DNA of 35,662 bases from positions 1-35,662 of the IMG/VR virus record IMGVR_UViG_2654587570_000002. One strand, given 5' to 3'. The notes under the pieces were generated by a model, which made no database searches, was not told the DNA's origin, and saw nothing but the letters and a program-made list of their open reading frames with translations. Shown here one piece after another: positions 27,618-35,662 of the stretch. The translations under genes and the position numbers were made by a program. Positions within the stretch are counted from its first letter, which is position 1; each line of letters begins with the position of its first letter. Source of the stretch: a virus. Lineage: Duplodnaviria; Heunggongvirae; Uroviricota; Caudoviricetes.

Positions 27618-27712
27618 GACATACCAATAACTCTTGTCTAAAAAGCCAGCAAGATAAAAAGTCAGTATTCACGACCACCAGCGTGTTTACCGTACTGCCA
27701 ACATCAAGGCAC

Positions 27713-27735
27713 AAAAAAACCCGCTCAGCGGCGGG
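27713..27735 (-). terminator. rho-independent terminator downstream of the late promoter (tR'-like)
   Basis: Minus strand CCCGC-cgctga-GCGGG followed by TTTTTTT. Confidence 0.5.
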
Positions 27736-27783
27736 TTCTTAAATCTTATCAACGGTAGACATACAAAGCCCATCGTTGGGAAA

Positions 27784-27812
27784 ATCTTATCCATATTTTT
27801 TGAAAAATGCAA
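27784..27812 (-). promoter_or_regulatory. candidate late promoter (PR'-like) between Q and the terminator
   Basis: Minus strand TTGCAT-N17-TAAGAT about 65 nt upstream of the terminator; arrangement matches lambda PR'-6S-tR'. Confidence 0.35.
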
Positions 27813-27843
27813 GAATTATGTCGCCATCTTCGGCGAAAATCAT

Positions 27844-28596
27844 TTATCTCGTCACTTTTCTTAATTGCGTCTCAGCATATGCTTCTTCCTGCCAGCACTT
27901 TGTCACCAGTTTATCAATGACATCTGCATATCCTTTGTACCACTGATAATCCGTCAAATCTGGTACCAGTTTCTGTACATGACACCGCGCCAGTGTCGTT
28001 GGTAAACGGCTAAACCGGTTTCCATTGCAACGTCCACAAATCTTATAAACAGGCGTGCCATGAAGCCGGGTCCTTTTTTCATCCAGGACAATACCTTTAC
28101 CCTTACACCCTCTGCACGCTGTGCTGACTTCTCCCTTACCATGGCAATGCTGACACAGTTCCTTTACCCACTCTTCCTTGATAACAGATTCCCCGCTTCT
28201 GGAGTGTTTCACCACTTCGCGCAATACATTATGAAATCCAGTACCAGCACAATGCTCACAGCGAGCCTTACTTGCCGCAGACCTGGAATAATCAGCAAAG
28301 GCAAAATTCACAAGGTAAGGAATGATCTGTAGCCGGGTTTCTTCACTCAATTTGTTCAATGTCGGGTTATCCAGTGCCATCGCGTAATTGAGCAGACCTT
28401 CAATCGCAAACTGAGGATCCTGAACACCAACTTTTGCCAGGAATAAGGCAAACCCAAGCGGTGCTTTCGACTGCACCATCCCCTGCGCAGCCATTACATC
28501 CGTAATTGTTAAACCACCAGAGCCTGTCGCCGGTGCGTCATCGCTCAATTTTGGAGATTTTGGGGAGTAATATTTCGGTAAGGCTTCAAGGTTCAT
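27844..28596 (-). CDS. Q: late antiterminator Q-like protein (zinc-binding)
   Basis: CEHCAGTG...CQHCHGKG...CRGCKGKG...CGRCNG Cys clusters; start set at the ATG at 28596 (GGAGAA RBS); position just upstream of late promoter and lysis genes. Confidence 0.7.
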   Translation of the reverse strand: MNLEALPKYYSPKSPKLSDDAPATGSGGLTITDVMAAQGMVQSKAPLGFALFLAKVGVQDPQFAIEGLLNYAMALDNPTLNKLSEETRLQIIPYLVNFAFADYSRSAASKARCEHCAGTGFHNVLREVVKHSRSGESVIKEEWVKELCQHCHGKGEVSTACRGCKGKGIVLDEKRTRLHGTPVYKICGRCNGNRFSRLPTTLARCHVQKLVPDLTDYQWYKGYADVIDKLVTKCWQEEAYAETQLRKVTR

Positions 28597-28609
28597 GCTC
28601 GTTCTCCAC

Positions 28610-29605
28610 TTACGCCAGCACGCCAATTGCCAGCGCGCGATCGATAAAACGAAATATCAGCTCCAGCTGGGAGCCATACTTCTCTTCAAATGCCACGGTA
28701 TCCGCATGCAGCTCGTCGTGATGCTTTCTGCACAAAGGCAACACAAAGAGGTCATGCGCTTTTGTACCCATCCCGCCCTGACCGTGGCCTATCAGGTGGT
28801 GGGGATCATCAGCAGGCTTTCCACAACATGCACACGGCTGCGTCTTAACCCAGCGCGTGTACTTTTCGTTAACCCAGCGGCGACGTTTTGGGCGTAACAT
28901 AAAAGACTCCGGCGACTCCGGATCCACTTTCAGCGCCAGCACCTTTTTCGCTTTATCCTGGATGATGCTGGTGGCAGGAACCGAAGGCACAAGGTCACTT
29001 TCCCGGGTGACAGACGGCACAACAGGCTTCGGTAATCTCAGTGCCTTACGGGCTGCACTTTCCGGTAAGGCATCCGCCAGGTCATTACGAACCAGCCACC
29101 AGCACAGTTCCGGCATTGTCACAACGTGACTATCATCAAAACCGAGATCCCGACGCACGACAGACAACACCCAGCGGGCACAGTTATCCGTTGCCATTGA
29201 TTCCAGCCGTTCCGTGAACTGATCGCGCAGCTGGTTATCGCAGTGCCAGCACAGACGGATTGCGCCCGGCGCGTGTCGCATTGTGGTCATGTTCTCGCTG
29301 TGCCAGTCGGAATGAGGCCACTGGCAGCCTTTTTCACGAAGTAACCAGCTTTCAAGACATTCCACTCCACCAGCACGACGGATCACTGCCTCATTGCGGA
29401 ACACGGCCCGAACGGCAGGATCATCCGCCAGCGGTTGTGATGCCGCCGGAACGGCACCACTGGCGAAAGATGAATAACGTTCCGGCTCAGGCTCCAGCAG
29501 GACACGCCCCTGCATAAACAAGGGCATCAGCTCTGAACCTGGTCTGAACAATACGATCCCCATACGCGGGGCAATTTCAGGGGTCAGTAGTGCTCTCACG
29601 GTCAC
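28610..29605 (-). CDS. DUF968-like phage protein with C-terminal Cys/His (HNH-like) motif
   Basis: C-terminal CACCGKPADDPHHLIGHG...LPLCRKHHDELH. Confidence 0.5.
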   Translation of the reverse strand: MTVRALLTPEIAPRMGIVLFRPGSELMPLFMQGRVLLEPEPERYSSFASGAVPAASQPLADDPAVRAVFRNEAVIRRAGGVECLESWLLREKGCQWPHSDWHSENMTTMRHAPGAIRLCWHCDNQLRDQFTERLESMATDNCARWVLSVVRRDLGFDDSHVVTMPELCWWLVRNDLADALPESAARKALRLPKPVVPSVTRESDLVPSVPATSIIQDKAKKVLALKVDPESPESFMLRPKRRRWVNEKYTRWVKTQPCACCGKPADDPHHLIGHGQGGMGTKAHDLFVLPLCRKHHDELHADTVAFEEKYGSQLELIFRFIDRALAIGVLA

Positions 29606-29606
29606 C

Positions 29607-30416
29607 TCAATGAACGGTATCGAGCAGCTTTAACAGCTCAGGGAATCGGGATTCGAAGAAATGCGGCTGCGTCTCGCGCGGATTTGCGGGACTGGTGATG
29701 TTCTTGCCGAACATGCAGCCTTTCGCCGTCAGCGACCAGAATTTTTTGATGTTGTTAATCGCAGTGCGGCTGTATCGTTCACGTTGTTCAACGATCCCCA
29801 GCTTCGCCATCTGGTGATATGCCTGATTAGCTGTCAGGCGGATACCATACTGCTTCAGCAGTGCACTCAATGACAGCGTGGGGCGGCTTGAGCCATCAGG
29901 CGCGTCAGCAGGAGCATCAATGGCATAGCGCGGTGCCAGATTCGGTAAGCCAACAGCCTCCTGGAGTTTCTGACAGGCACCAAGCACTGAAGAGTTAGAC
30001 AGGTTTAACTCCCGGCGCATAAAGTCCAGCAGGATCACGCCAGCCTGCATCTTGTCAGCAGCCTGTCCGGATAATTTTTCCGGTGCGCTGGTTACCATAT
30101 CGAAAGTACGGATCACCTTCAGATGGAATGACGGGCTGATCCACATTGCATAGGCATACACCAGTTCCTTGCAGACATACGTTCCCCGTTCATTTCCCCC
30201 ATGAATCACACTCACCGGGTCAACACCCAAATTCTGGGTGTTGGTCAATTCATGAACAAGCTCAACAGTTTGTTGGCTGGAAAGAAACTTTCCCGGCTCC
30301 TTGGTTCTGGCATTTGCACCAGATGCTACTGCTGCGCGATGCAGATCGTTCAGGCTGTAACGCCCATAAGCATCACGACGAACTTCAATACCATCAATGA
30401 CCATCAGATTATTCAT
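29607..30416 (-). CDS. KilA-N domain protein (antirepressor-like)
   Basis: N-terminal ...GTYVCKELVYAYAMWISPSFHLKVIRTF typical of KilA-N. Confidence 0.7.
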   Translation of the reverse strand: MNNLMVIDGIEVRRDAYGRYSLNDLHRAAVASGANARTKEPGKFLSSQQTVELVHELTNTQNLGVDPVSVIHGGNERGTYVCKELVYAYAMWISPSFHLKVIRTFDMVTSAPEKLSGQAADKMQAGVILLDFMRRELNLSNSSVLGACQKLQEAVGLPNLAPRYAIDAPADAPDGSSRPTLSLSALLKQYGIRLTANQAYHQMAKLGIVEQRERYSRTAINNIKKFWSLTAKGCMFGKNITSPANPRETQPHFFESRFPELLKLLDTVH

Positions 30417-30435
30417 ACTTCGTTTCTCCTCTTAA

Positions 30436-30825
30436 TCAGGCGGCTGCACCCGCCGTTTTCTCGTACTTACTGATAGTGATCTCGACCTTCCCTTCCGGGA
30501 TAACCGGTCCCCACTCCACCAGCATTCTTTTCACCTGACTGTCGTCTTCCCACACACCCGCGTGGGTCAGGGCGTCAAACAGCGCCTTGTTATAGTTGTC
30601 CAGATCGCGGATCCGGTTATCCGGAGGAAACAACACGATCTCCACTGAAGCAGGTGCCGACGTTGGTTTCGGCAGACGACGTAACTGCTCAACTATTGCT
30701 GCGCACGCCGCGCTCTGGAATTTTCGCCCCGCCGCGCTTATCAGGCTCTTACCAGCAAACGCCCCTTTGTTGGGGTGTCGCCAGTACGTGTTCACGCTGG
30801 GCGGGAAAGGCAAGATCAGCTTCAT
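30436..30825 (-). CDS. rusA: RusA-family Holliday junction resolvase
   Basis: MKLILPFPPSVNTYWRH...DLDNYNKALFDALTHAGVWEDDSQV matches the RusA signature. Confidence 0.85.
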   Translation of the reverse strand: MKLILPFPPSVNTYWRHPNKGAFAGKSLISAAGRKFQSAACAAIVEQLRRLPKPTSAPASVEIVLFPPDNRIRDLDNYNKALFDALTHAGVWEDDSQVKRMLVEWGPVIPEGKVEITISKYEKTAGAAA

Positions 30826-31148
30826 ACTTTCAGGCCTCTCTCATGTAACCAGTGGGCTGCACGCAGCCTGGCGTTTTCCTCACCGGCAAGCAATGCGCGG
30901 ATAATCCCGACCGCCTCGCTGTCGTCGTCCTTCACCGCGGTATGAAGCGTTATCCCCCGGGCCACGCCACGCTTTATCGTGATGACGCCTTTTTTCTCCA
31001 GTGCACGAAGATGCTCTACCGCTGCATTCACTGAACGGTATCCCAGCATGGTTGCCACCTCCTGATTGGTTGGCGGAAAGCCACGCTCTTTCTGGTAAGA
31101 AATCAGCATATCCAGCACCTGCTGCTGGCATTGAGTTAACGTCGTCAT
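30822..31148 (-). CDS. LexA DNA-binding-domain homologue lacking the S24 peptidase domain
   Basis: LTQCQQQVLDMLISYQKERGFPPTNQEVATMLGYRSVNAAVEHLRALEKKGVITIKRGVARGITL aligns with the LexA N-terminal domain ([65 protein letters not shown]) as recalled; only 108 aa. Confidence 0.65.
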   Translation of the reverse strand: MTTLTQCQQQVLDMLISYQKERGFPPTNQEVATMLGYRSVNAAVEHLRALEKKGVITIKRGVARGITLHTAVKDDDSEAVGIIRALLAGEENARLRAAHWLHERGLKV

Positions 31149-31798
31149 GCCGCCATCTCCCTGACCAGTTTTTCCGCCTGCTGGCGAACCTGCACCAGAA
31201 AGGCTTCACCACATGCCTCAAGTTCATCGCGCCCGATGTAGCTGATTGCCGGTCCCTTCCAGGTCTTGTCGAAAACAGCAATAGCACCAGCGAAGAAAGC
31301 GCCTGTCGGCACCTGCTTCTCATCCTTCGGGATAAACCAGGCAGGCAGTTCAAAACCAATACGCCCGCGAATAAAAGCAATATGGTCCGCATCTTCCGGC
31401 CACCACACTTCGCTGGTGGCAGCTTTGATCAGGAAAACATAGCGCCCGCCCTTATCACGCATGGCACTGGCATGTTTCATGATGTAACGCATGCCGGTGA
31501 TGTATTGCCCCTCATGCTGACTGGCGCGGCTGTATGGGGGATTACCAAAGGCAGCACCTTTAAGCTCCGCAAGACGTTCTGACCAGTCATGCGCCAGCGC
31601 GTTATCTTCCGCCGTGTAATACGCGGCACATTTGGCGTTATCACCGTCAGTAAACAGATCCAGAACAAACGGGCCAAACAGGGTGTTAATTCCCCAGAAA
31701 ATGTTGTCCGGCGTGCGCCACTGATCGCCCACTTCCTTCAGTTCATGGGCTGGTTTGTTCCGCAGTTCCACCAGCGCCTGGCAATATTTATTACTCAT
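31145..31798 (-). CDS. phage-type N6-adenine DNA methyltransferase (Dam-like, NPPY)
   Basis: AAFGNPPYS motif; start set at the ATG at 31798 which overlaps the upstream stop as TAATG. Confidence 0.8.
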   Translation of the reverse strand: MSNKYCQALVELRNKPAHELKEVGDQWRTPDNIFWGINTLFGPFVLDLFTDGDNAKCAAYYTAEDNALAHDWSERLAELKGAAFGNPPYSRASQHEGQYITGMRYIMKHASAMRDKGGRYVFLIKAATSEVWWPEDADHIAFIRGRIGFELPAWFIPKDEKQVPTGAFFAGAIAVFDKTWKGPAISYIGRDELEACGEAFLVQVRQQAEKLVREMAA

Positions 31799-32292
31799 TA
31801 AGCCCCCACGTAATTCCCTGACAGATACCACTCTTCACCCGATGCAGCGCGCTTGCTGCTTTTCCGTAAGCACCGCTCACGACGCGCCAGAAAATTGTTT
31901 CGTTCTGGCTGGGAGTGGCTTTCACGGAATGCCGCCATCCACACGGTTGCAGCACGACGGTATAAGCCCCTGGACTCCAGTTCTTCAGCCTGGCGGGTCA
32001 GGCACAAAATCACCCGTGGATCGTTAGTGCCGACATAGAAATTGCGCACAGGTCTGGTTTCACGAACTGGTTGTGGTTCCGGATCCTGCGCTCTCTCAGT
32101 CAGGCGCGGGAAATGTCTGTGTGTATCTCCTTCACAACGGTGAGCCACACGCCCACTCTGACGTAACTTGCTTGCTGACTGCAGAACGCGCTGCCGTGAG
32201 TAACCTGCAAAAGCATCCGCAATGTCTCCGGAAGTACAGCCCGGATGGGCTTCAATGAATTTCTGAACGTCATTCAAAAGACTCATGCTCAC
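31798..32292 (-). CDS. PerC-like transcriptional regulator (tentative)
   Basis: LTRQAEELESRGLYRRAATVWMAAF resembles the PerC-family core as recalled. Confidence 0.4.
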   Translation of the reverse strand: MSMSLLNDVQKFIEAHPGCTSGDIADAFAGYSRQRVLQSASKLRQSGRVAHRCEGDTHRHFPRLTERAQDPEPQPVRETRPVRNFYVGTNDPRVILCLTRQAEELESRGLYRRAATVWMAAFRESHSQPERNNFLARRERCLRKSSKRAASGEEWYLSGNYVGA

Positions 32293-33230
32293 CCCCTGAA
32301 TCCTGCCGGGATCTGGCTGTAGTCCACATTGTCGTAACTGGCTTTGAAGTACGGGTCTTCGCGTTTTTCTGTGTACGTGCTGACGGACGGCGATAAGCGC
32401 AGGGAAAGCTCATCCCATTTTTCCCGCAGCTTCGACGGGCTGAGCACGTTACGGCACCAGAACGGATCGCGGCTGACGCGGCTGTACATCTCGCAGATTT
32501 GTTTGTGAGTACGACCATCCTGCACACACATCAGGCGAATTTCGTTTGCCCAGGCTGTCCAGTTCGGTTCTTTGGGACGAACCACCTCGCCGTCACATTC
32601 GGCAGCCTGCTCGTACAGGGCGATGATTTTTTTCCAGAGCCACTGTGCGCAGGTCAAATCATCCTGCGTCCCCCACTGGCGCTTTTTAGGGCTGAATACA
32701 ACCGCATCAGGATGGCGAGTTAAAAAATCCTGTTCAGCCGTCTGCGTGTCCGGTTGCGAAGCGTCCGGACGAGAAGGTTTTTTATCTGACGGATCATGTT
32801 TTGATTTTACTGACGGATCCCCGCCAGATTCTGACGGGTGAAAACCCGCTTTTTTGCCTGATTTCGACGCATCAAATTTTGACGGGTCAGATTTTGATGC
32901 GTCAGATTTTGACGGGTCAGAATCTGACAGTTGAGAAAATGCCGCTGCCTGAAGCTTCGCAACGTTAAGCTGATAAACATTCGACGCATTGCGGTTACCC
33001 TGGCGACGCGCCTTACGCGTTAACCAGCCTTCTGCTTCCAGCCGTGCGATAGCCGTTCTGACGGTACTCATCCCCGCGCCAATCTGACGGGCAATGGTTT
33101 CAATTGATGGCCAGCACACACCTTCGTCATTACTGAAATCAGCCAGGCGGGCCATAATTGCCACGCTGGATAATTTCATGCCTGATGCAGCGCAACCATC
33201 CCATACATAGCCGGTTAATTTAGTGCTCAT
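32289..33230 (-). CDS. replication initiation protein (O-like), contains origin iterons
   Basis: N-terminal HTH-like domain; internal repetitive SDSDPSKSDASKSDPSKFDASKS linker encoded by DNA iterons. Confidence 0.6.
   Translation of the reverse strand: MSTKLTGYVWDGCAASGMKLSSVAIMARLADFSNDEGVCWPSIETIARQIGAGMSTVRTAIARLEAEGWLTRKARRQGNRNASNVYQLNVAKLQAAAFSQLSDSDPSKSDASKSDPSKFDASKSGKKAGFHPSESGGDPSVKSKHDPSDKKPSRPDASQPDTQTAEQDFLTRHPDAVVFSPKKRQWGTQDDLTCAQWLWKKIIALYEQAAECDGEVVRPKEPNWTAWANEIRLMCVQDGRTHKQICEMYSRVSRDPFWCRNVLSPSKLREKWDELSLRLSPSVSTYTEKREDPYFKASYDNVDYSQIPAGFRG
32784..32931. repeat. iteron array (candidate replication origin) inside the replication gene
   Basis: TGACGG(G/A)T at 32786, 32810, 32831, 32879, 32909 plus repeated GATTTTGA. 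Confidence 0.5.
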
Positions 33231-33239
33231 GACCGACCT

Positions 33240-33578
33240 CTATTTCCCTGAATTTACGACGAAACTGTTCGAGCGGGCTGAAGCACTCATGCTCATAGCC
33301 TTCGCGGAGGTAGATAACACGTTGTGTTTCCGACTCCCAACGAATGACTCTGACGGGCACTCCGTAGTGATCTTTGAACCAGCGGTTAACTTGTCGCAAA
33401 GGACTGTCTCCTTCTGCCGGTTGAAATCACCCACAGCCCACTCTGCAAAGCTGTGGGTTACAATTTCCCTGTCACCTGGTACATTCACTGCATAGCAATA
33501 TTCCACCTTCGCTTTTCCACCCGGAACAGGAAGCGCAATCAGTTGCGAGCGACGGTAGTGTGTTGTTAAACTGTTCAT
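33240..33578 (-). CDS. hypothetical early protein (112 aa)
   Basis: ATGA start/stop overlap with upstream gene suggests translational coupling; no motif recognised. Confidence 0.3.
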   Translation of the reverse strand: MNSLTTHYRRSQLIALPVPGGKAKVEYCYAVNVPGDREIVTHSFAEWAVGDFNRQKETVLCDKLTAGSKITTECPSESFVGSRKHNVLSTSAKAMSMSASARSNSFVVNSGK

Positions 33579-34144
33579 GCGTTAGTTTCTCCACAACCAG
33601 AAGCAATCGACGCCACGACGCCCGGAGCTGCACACTCGCGGGCGTCATTACTTTCTGAAATGCAAAAAATTTTGTAGACAAGTGCTGCATGCTCCTGCAG
33701 CTTCGAAATTGAGAGATACAGCTCGTCGTTAATTGCTGTCTTCTCATGCGGTTCCACTACACCGTCTTCGATTGCTGAACGAATCTGTTTTGAATAACTG
33801 CCGATCTGTTCAATGACTTCCAGCAGACGCTGGTTAATATCGGCGTTGTCCACATCCTCGACGTCAGGAAGAGACACAAAGACGCCATTTGCAGACTGCG
33901 CCACAGCATCAGCAATGAAGTGAGTGCCACCAGCACGCTGTAAAACCATTGCCCATCCCAGCGGGAAAATCTGATCGCCATCTGCACGAAGGCGGTTGAA
34001 TAAAGCGTTTTCTGTTACATCGAGCCAGTCAGCCGCTTCAGCGTAACCACCCGGCAACGCCGCGATAGTTTTTCTGACAGCTTTCACGTACCACTCAGGC
34101 TGTTTTTCTATTTTCCAGTGATGCTTACCCACAATTAGCCTCAT
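33575..34144 (-). CDS. hypothetical early regulator (possibly CII/CP76-like)
   Basis: 189 aa, position directly after cro-like gene; weak resemblance to phage CII-type HTH proteins. Confidence 0.3.
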   Translation of the reverse strand: MRLIVGKHHWKIEKQPEWYVKAVRKTIAALPGGYAEAADWLDVTENALFNRLRADGDQIFPLGWAMVLQRAGGTHFIADAVAQSANGVFVSLPDVEDVDNADINQRLLEVIEQIGSYSKQIRSAIEDGVVEPHEKTAINDELYLSISKLQEHAALVYKIFCISESNDARECAAPGVVASIASGCGETNA

Positions 34145-34175
34145 CGTTCTGTGGTTAAAAAATGAAAGTGTTCTG

Positions 34176-34376
34176 CTAATCTTTCGGATAGATATCCGGT
34201 CTTAAGTCAGATTTCGTAATTGCACCTGACGTGCATTGCTCAAGTTTTTTAGCCAGCACAAAACTGGCTTTTTTATAGCCATTGAAAACCAGCCGTAAGT
34301 AGCCAGGTGTTGAGCCAACTTTTCCGGCCAACTCGCCCTGCTGTTCTTTGGTTAAAGAGTCCCAATACGCTTTCAT
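34176..34376 (-). CDS. Cro-like HTH regulator (66 aa)
   Basis: MKAYWDSLTKEQQGELAGKVGSTPGYLRLVFNGYKK...; GGAGG RBS 10 nt upstream; divergent from the CI-like gene (track ORF starts further upstream). Confidence 0.6.
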   Translation of the reverse strand: MKAYWDSLTKEQQGELAGKVGSTPGYLRLVFNGYKKASFVLAKKLEQCTSGAITKSDLRPDIYPKD

Positions 34377-34381
34377 ACAAT

Positions 34382-34451
34382 ATGTACCTCCGGTGTACAT
34401 ATTACATGATTGAAATGAACCTTCAAGATACTTGTACCTTAACGGTACAAG
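34382..34451. promoter_or_regulatory. immunity-region operators and divergent promoters
   Basis: Dyads ATGTAC-N7-GTACAT (34382-34400) and CTTGTACC-N5-GGTACAAG (34431-34451); minus-strand TTGAAG-N16-TAATAT upstream of cro-like; TTTAAT 6 nt before the CI-like ATG. Confidence 0.5.
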
Positions 34452-34466
34452 GGTTTTAATTTCGTT

Positions 34467-35141
34467 ATGAAAACAATCCATGACATCCGGCGGTCTAACG
34501 CCAGAAAACTGAGAGATGGTGTTGGCGGGAATTCTTCCTTTGCCACTATGATTGATCGCGAGCCAACCCAGACCAGCAGGTTTATGGGAGATGGTGCTAC
34601 TAAAAATATCGGTGACAGCATGGCACGACACATCGAAAAATGTTTCGACCTGCCTGTCGGATGGCTCGATCAAGAACACCAGACAACGAACATCACAAAA
34701 AAACCTGATGTTTCAATCACTAATAAACAAATCACATTAGTCCCTGTCATATCATGGGTACAGGCCGGAGCATGGAAAGAAGTTGGATATTCTGAGGTTG
34801 ATTTGAGCACAGCAGAAACGTATCCCTGCCCTGTACCCTGTGGGGAAATGACTTATATCTTGCGGGTGATAGGTGATTCAATGATTGATGAGTACCGCCC
34901 GGGAGACATGATTTTTGTCGATCCTGAAGTACCTGCCTGCCACGGTGACGACGTTATTGCATTGATGCACGATACAGGTGAAACCACCTTCAAAAGGTTG
35001 ATAGAAGATGGGACACAGCGTTATCTCAAAGCGTTAAACCCAAACTGGCCTGAGCCTTACATTAAGATCAACGGTAATTGCTCTATAATTGGTACAGTGA
35101 TTTTCTCAGGAAAACCAAGAAGATACAAAATCAAAGCCTAA
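34467..35141 (+). CDS. CI-like repressor (HTH plus S24 LexA-like autopeptidase domain)
   Basis: C-terminal LRVIGDSMIDEYRPGDMIFVD...TTFKRL (Ser/Lys dyad context); N-terminal HTH. Confidence 0.85.
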   Translation: MKTIHDIRRSNARKLRDGVGGNSSFATMIDREPTQTSRFMGDGATKNIGDSMARHIEKCFDLPVGWLDQEHQTTNITKKPDVSITNKQITLVPVISWVQAGAWKEVGYSEVDLSTAETYPCPVPCGEMTYILRVIGDSMIDEYRPGDMIFVDPEVPACHGDDVIALMHDTGETTFKRLIEDGTQRYLKALNPNWPEPYIKINGNCSIIGTVIFSGKPRRYKIKA

Positions 35142-35153
35142 TCAATGTTTATG

Positions 35154-35177
35154 AACCTGCTTCGGCAGGTTTTTTTA
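35154..35177 (+). terminator. rho-independent terminator after the CI-like gene
   Basis: AACCTGC-ttcg-GCAGGTT followed by TTTTTT. Confidence 0.55.
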
Positions 35178-35180
35178 TAC

Positions 35181-35213
35181 TTGACAATGTACCTTTGAGA
35201 TACATAATGTACC
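35181..35213 (+). promoter_or_regulatory. strong sigma70-like promoter with operator-like dyad (PL-like)
   Basis: TTGACA-N16-CATAAT; overlapped by ATGTAC-N7-ATACAT and a further ATGTACC, the same half-site as the cro/cI operators. Confidence 0.45.
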
Positions 35214-35334
35214 CAAGCGAAACAACGAACAGGCAGGACGCCCACGAAGTAGCCGCCTGGGGCATATGAAGTCCAGGATGATTCGTTGAGTCATGTTGTG
35301 CCACTAGGCACTCATGTTAAAGCAGGTGTATGAA

Positions 35335-35658
35335 ATGAAAGTCCAGATTTTAAACAATAACTGTGAAGTCGTTTGGTCATACGACATAGCCGCCCCTGTA
35401 GATCAGAGCGGCGATAGCTGGACCAATGAGAAACATCAGATTATGGCTGGAGTTGTGTTCTCTTTACGCCGTGCTTTGGAACAGGCTGAAGTATTTCCAT
35501 CAGACCCTGAATGGAAATGGCCTTTTTCTATTTGCCCAAATTCGGAGAACACATTTCAGAAAATTGGTCAGAAAGTCGGTAATGACTCCAACTTATTGAT
35601 AGTGTTTTATGTTCAGATAATGCCCGATGACTTTGTCATGCAGCTCCACCGATTTTGA
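35335..35658 (+). CDS. hypothetical protein, first gene downstream of the PL-like promoter
   Basis: ORF 35314-35658 in track; ATG at 35335 (MKVQILNNN...) preferred; not Arg-rich so not an obvious N-type antiterminator. Confidence 0.4.
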   Translation: MKVQILNNNCEVVWSYDIAAPVDQSGDSWTNEKHQIMAGVVFSLRRALEQAEVFPSDPEWKWPFSICPNSENTFQKIGQKVGNDSNLLIVFYVQIMPDDFVMQLHRF

Positions 35659-35662
35659 GAAC

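Noticed and set aside
32784-32931. Direct repeats considered as a possible CRISPR array
   Set aside because: Repeats are short (8-15 bp), irregularly spaced, lie inside a protein-coding gene and encode a repetitive linker; they fit origin iterons, not CRISPR.
35335-35658. N-type antiterminator as the first gene after the PL-like promoter
   Set aside because: Protein lacks the Arg-rich N-terminal motif expected for N-like proteins; left as unknown.

Overview
Nearly the whole window (about 4.6-35.6 kb) is one temperate prophage arm, read mostly on the minus strand. From right to left: a Cro-like/CI-like immunity switch with TGTAC-core operators; a replication initiator gene with internal iterons; a nin-like block (PerC-like, phage Dam methylase, LexA-DNA-binding-domain-only protein, RusA, KilA-N, DUF968); Q antiterminator with PR'/tR'; a late operon (small protein, frameshifted beta-class methyltransferase, lambda-type holin, R-type endolysin, Rz/Rz1); an AT-rich moron; HNH plus P27-type small and large terminase; HK97-type portal, protease and capsid; a Mu-type contractile tail and baseplate; and a tail fibre whose C-terminus sits in a ~1.9 kb Gin/Pin/Hin-type invertible segment. 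The left 4.6 kb is AT-rich cargo and decay: a Pin-type invertase gene truncated after 41 codons, a GmrSD-like DUF262/DUF1524 nuclease gene (the best defence-system candidate), a decayed dinI-like gene with an SOS box, a phased GTGAC repeat array, and the 3' end of a second, Nu1-type small terminase gene. No rRNA, tRNA or CRISPR array was seen; integrase and att core are outside the window. All family assignments come from motif recognition by eye, not database searches, and need HMM/BLAST confirmation.
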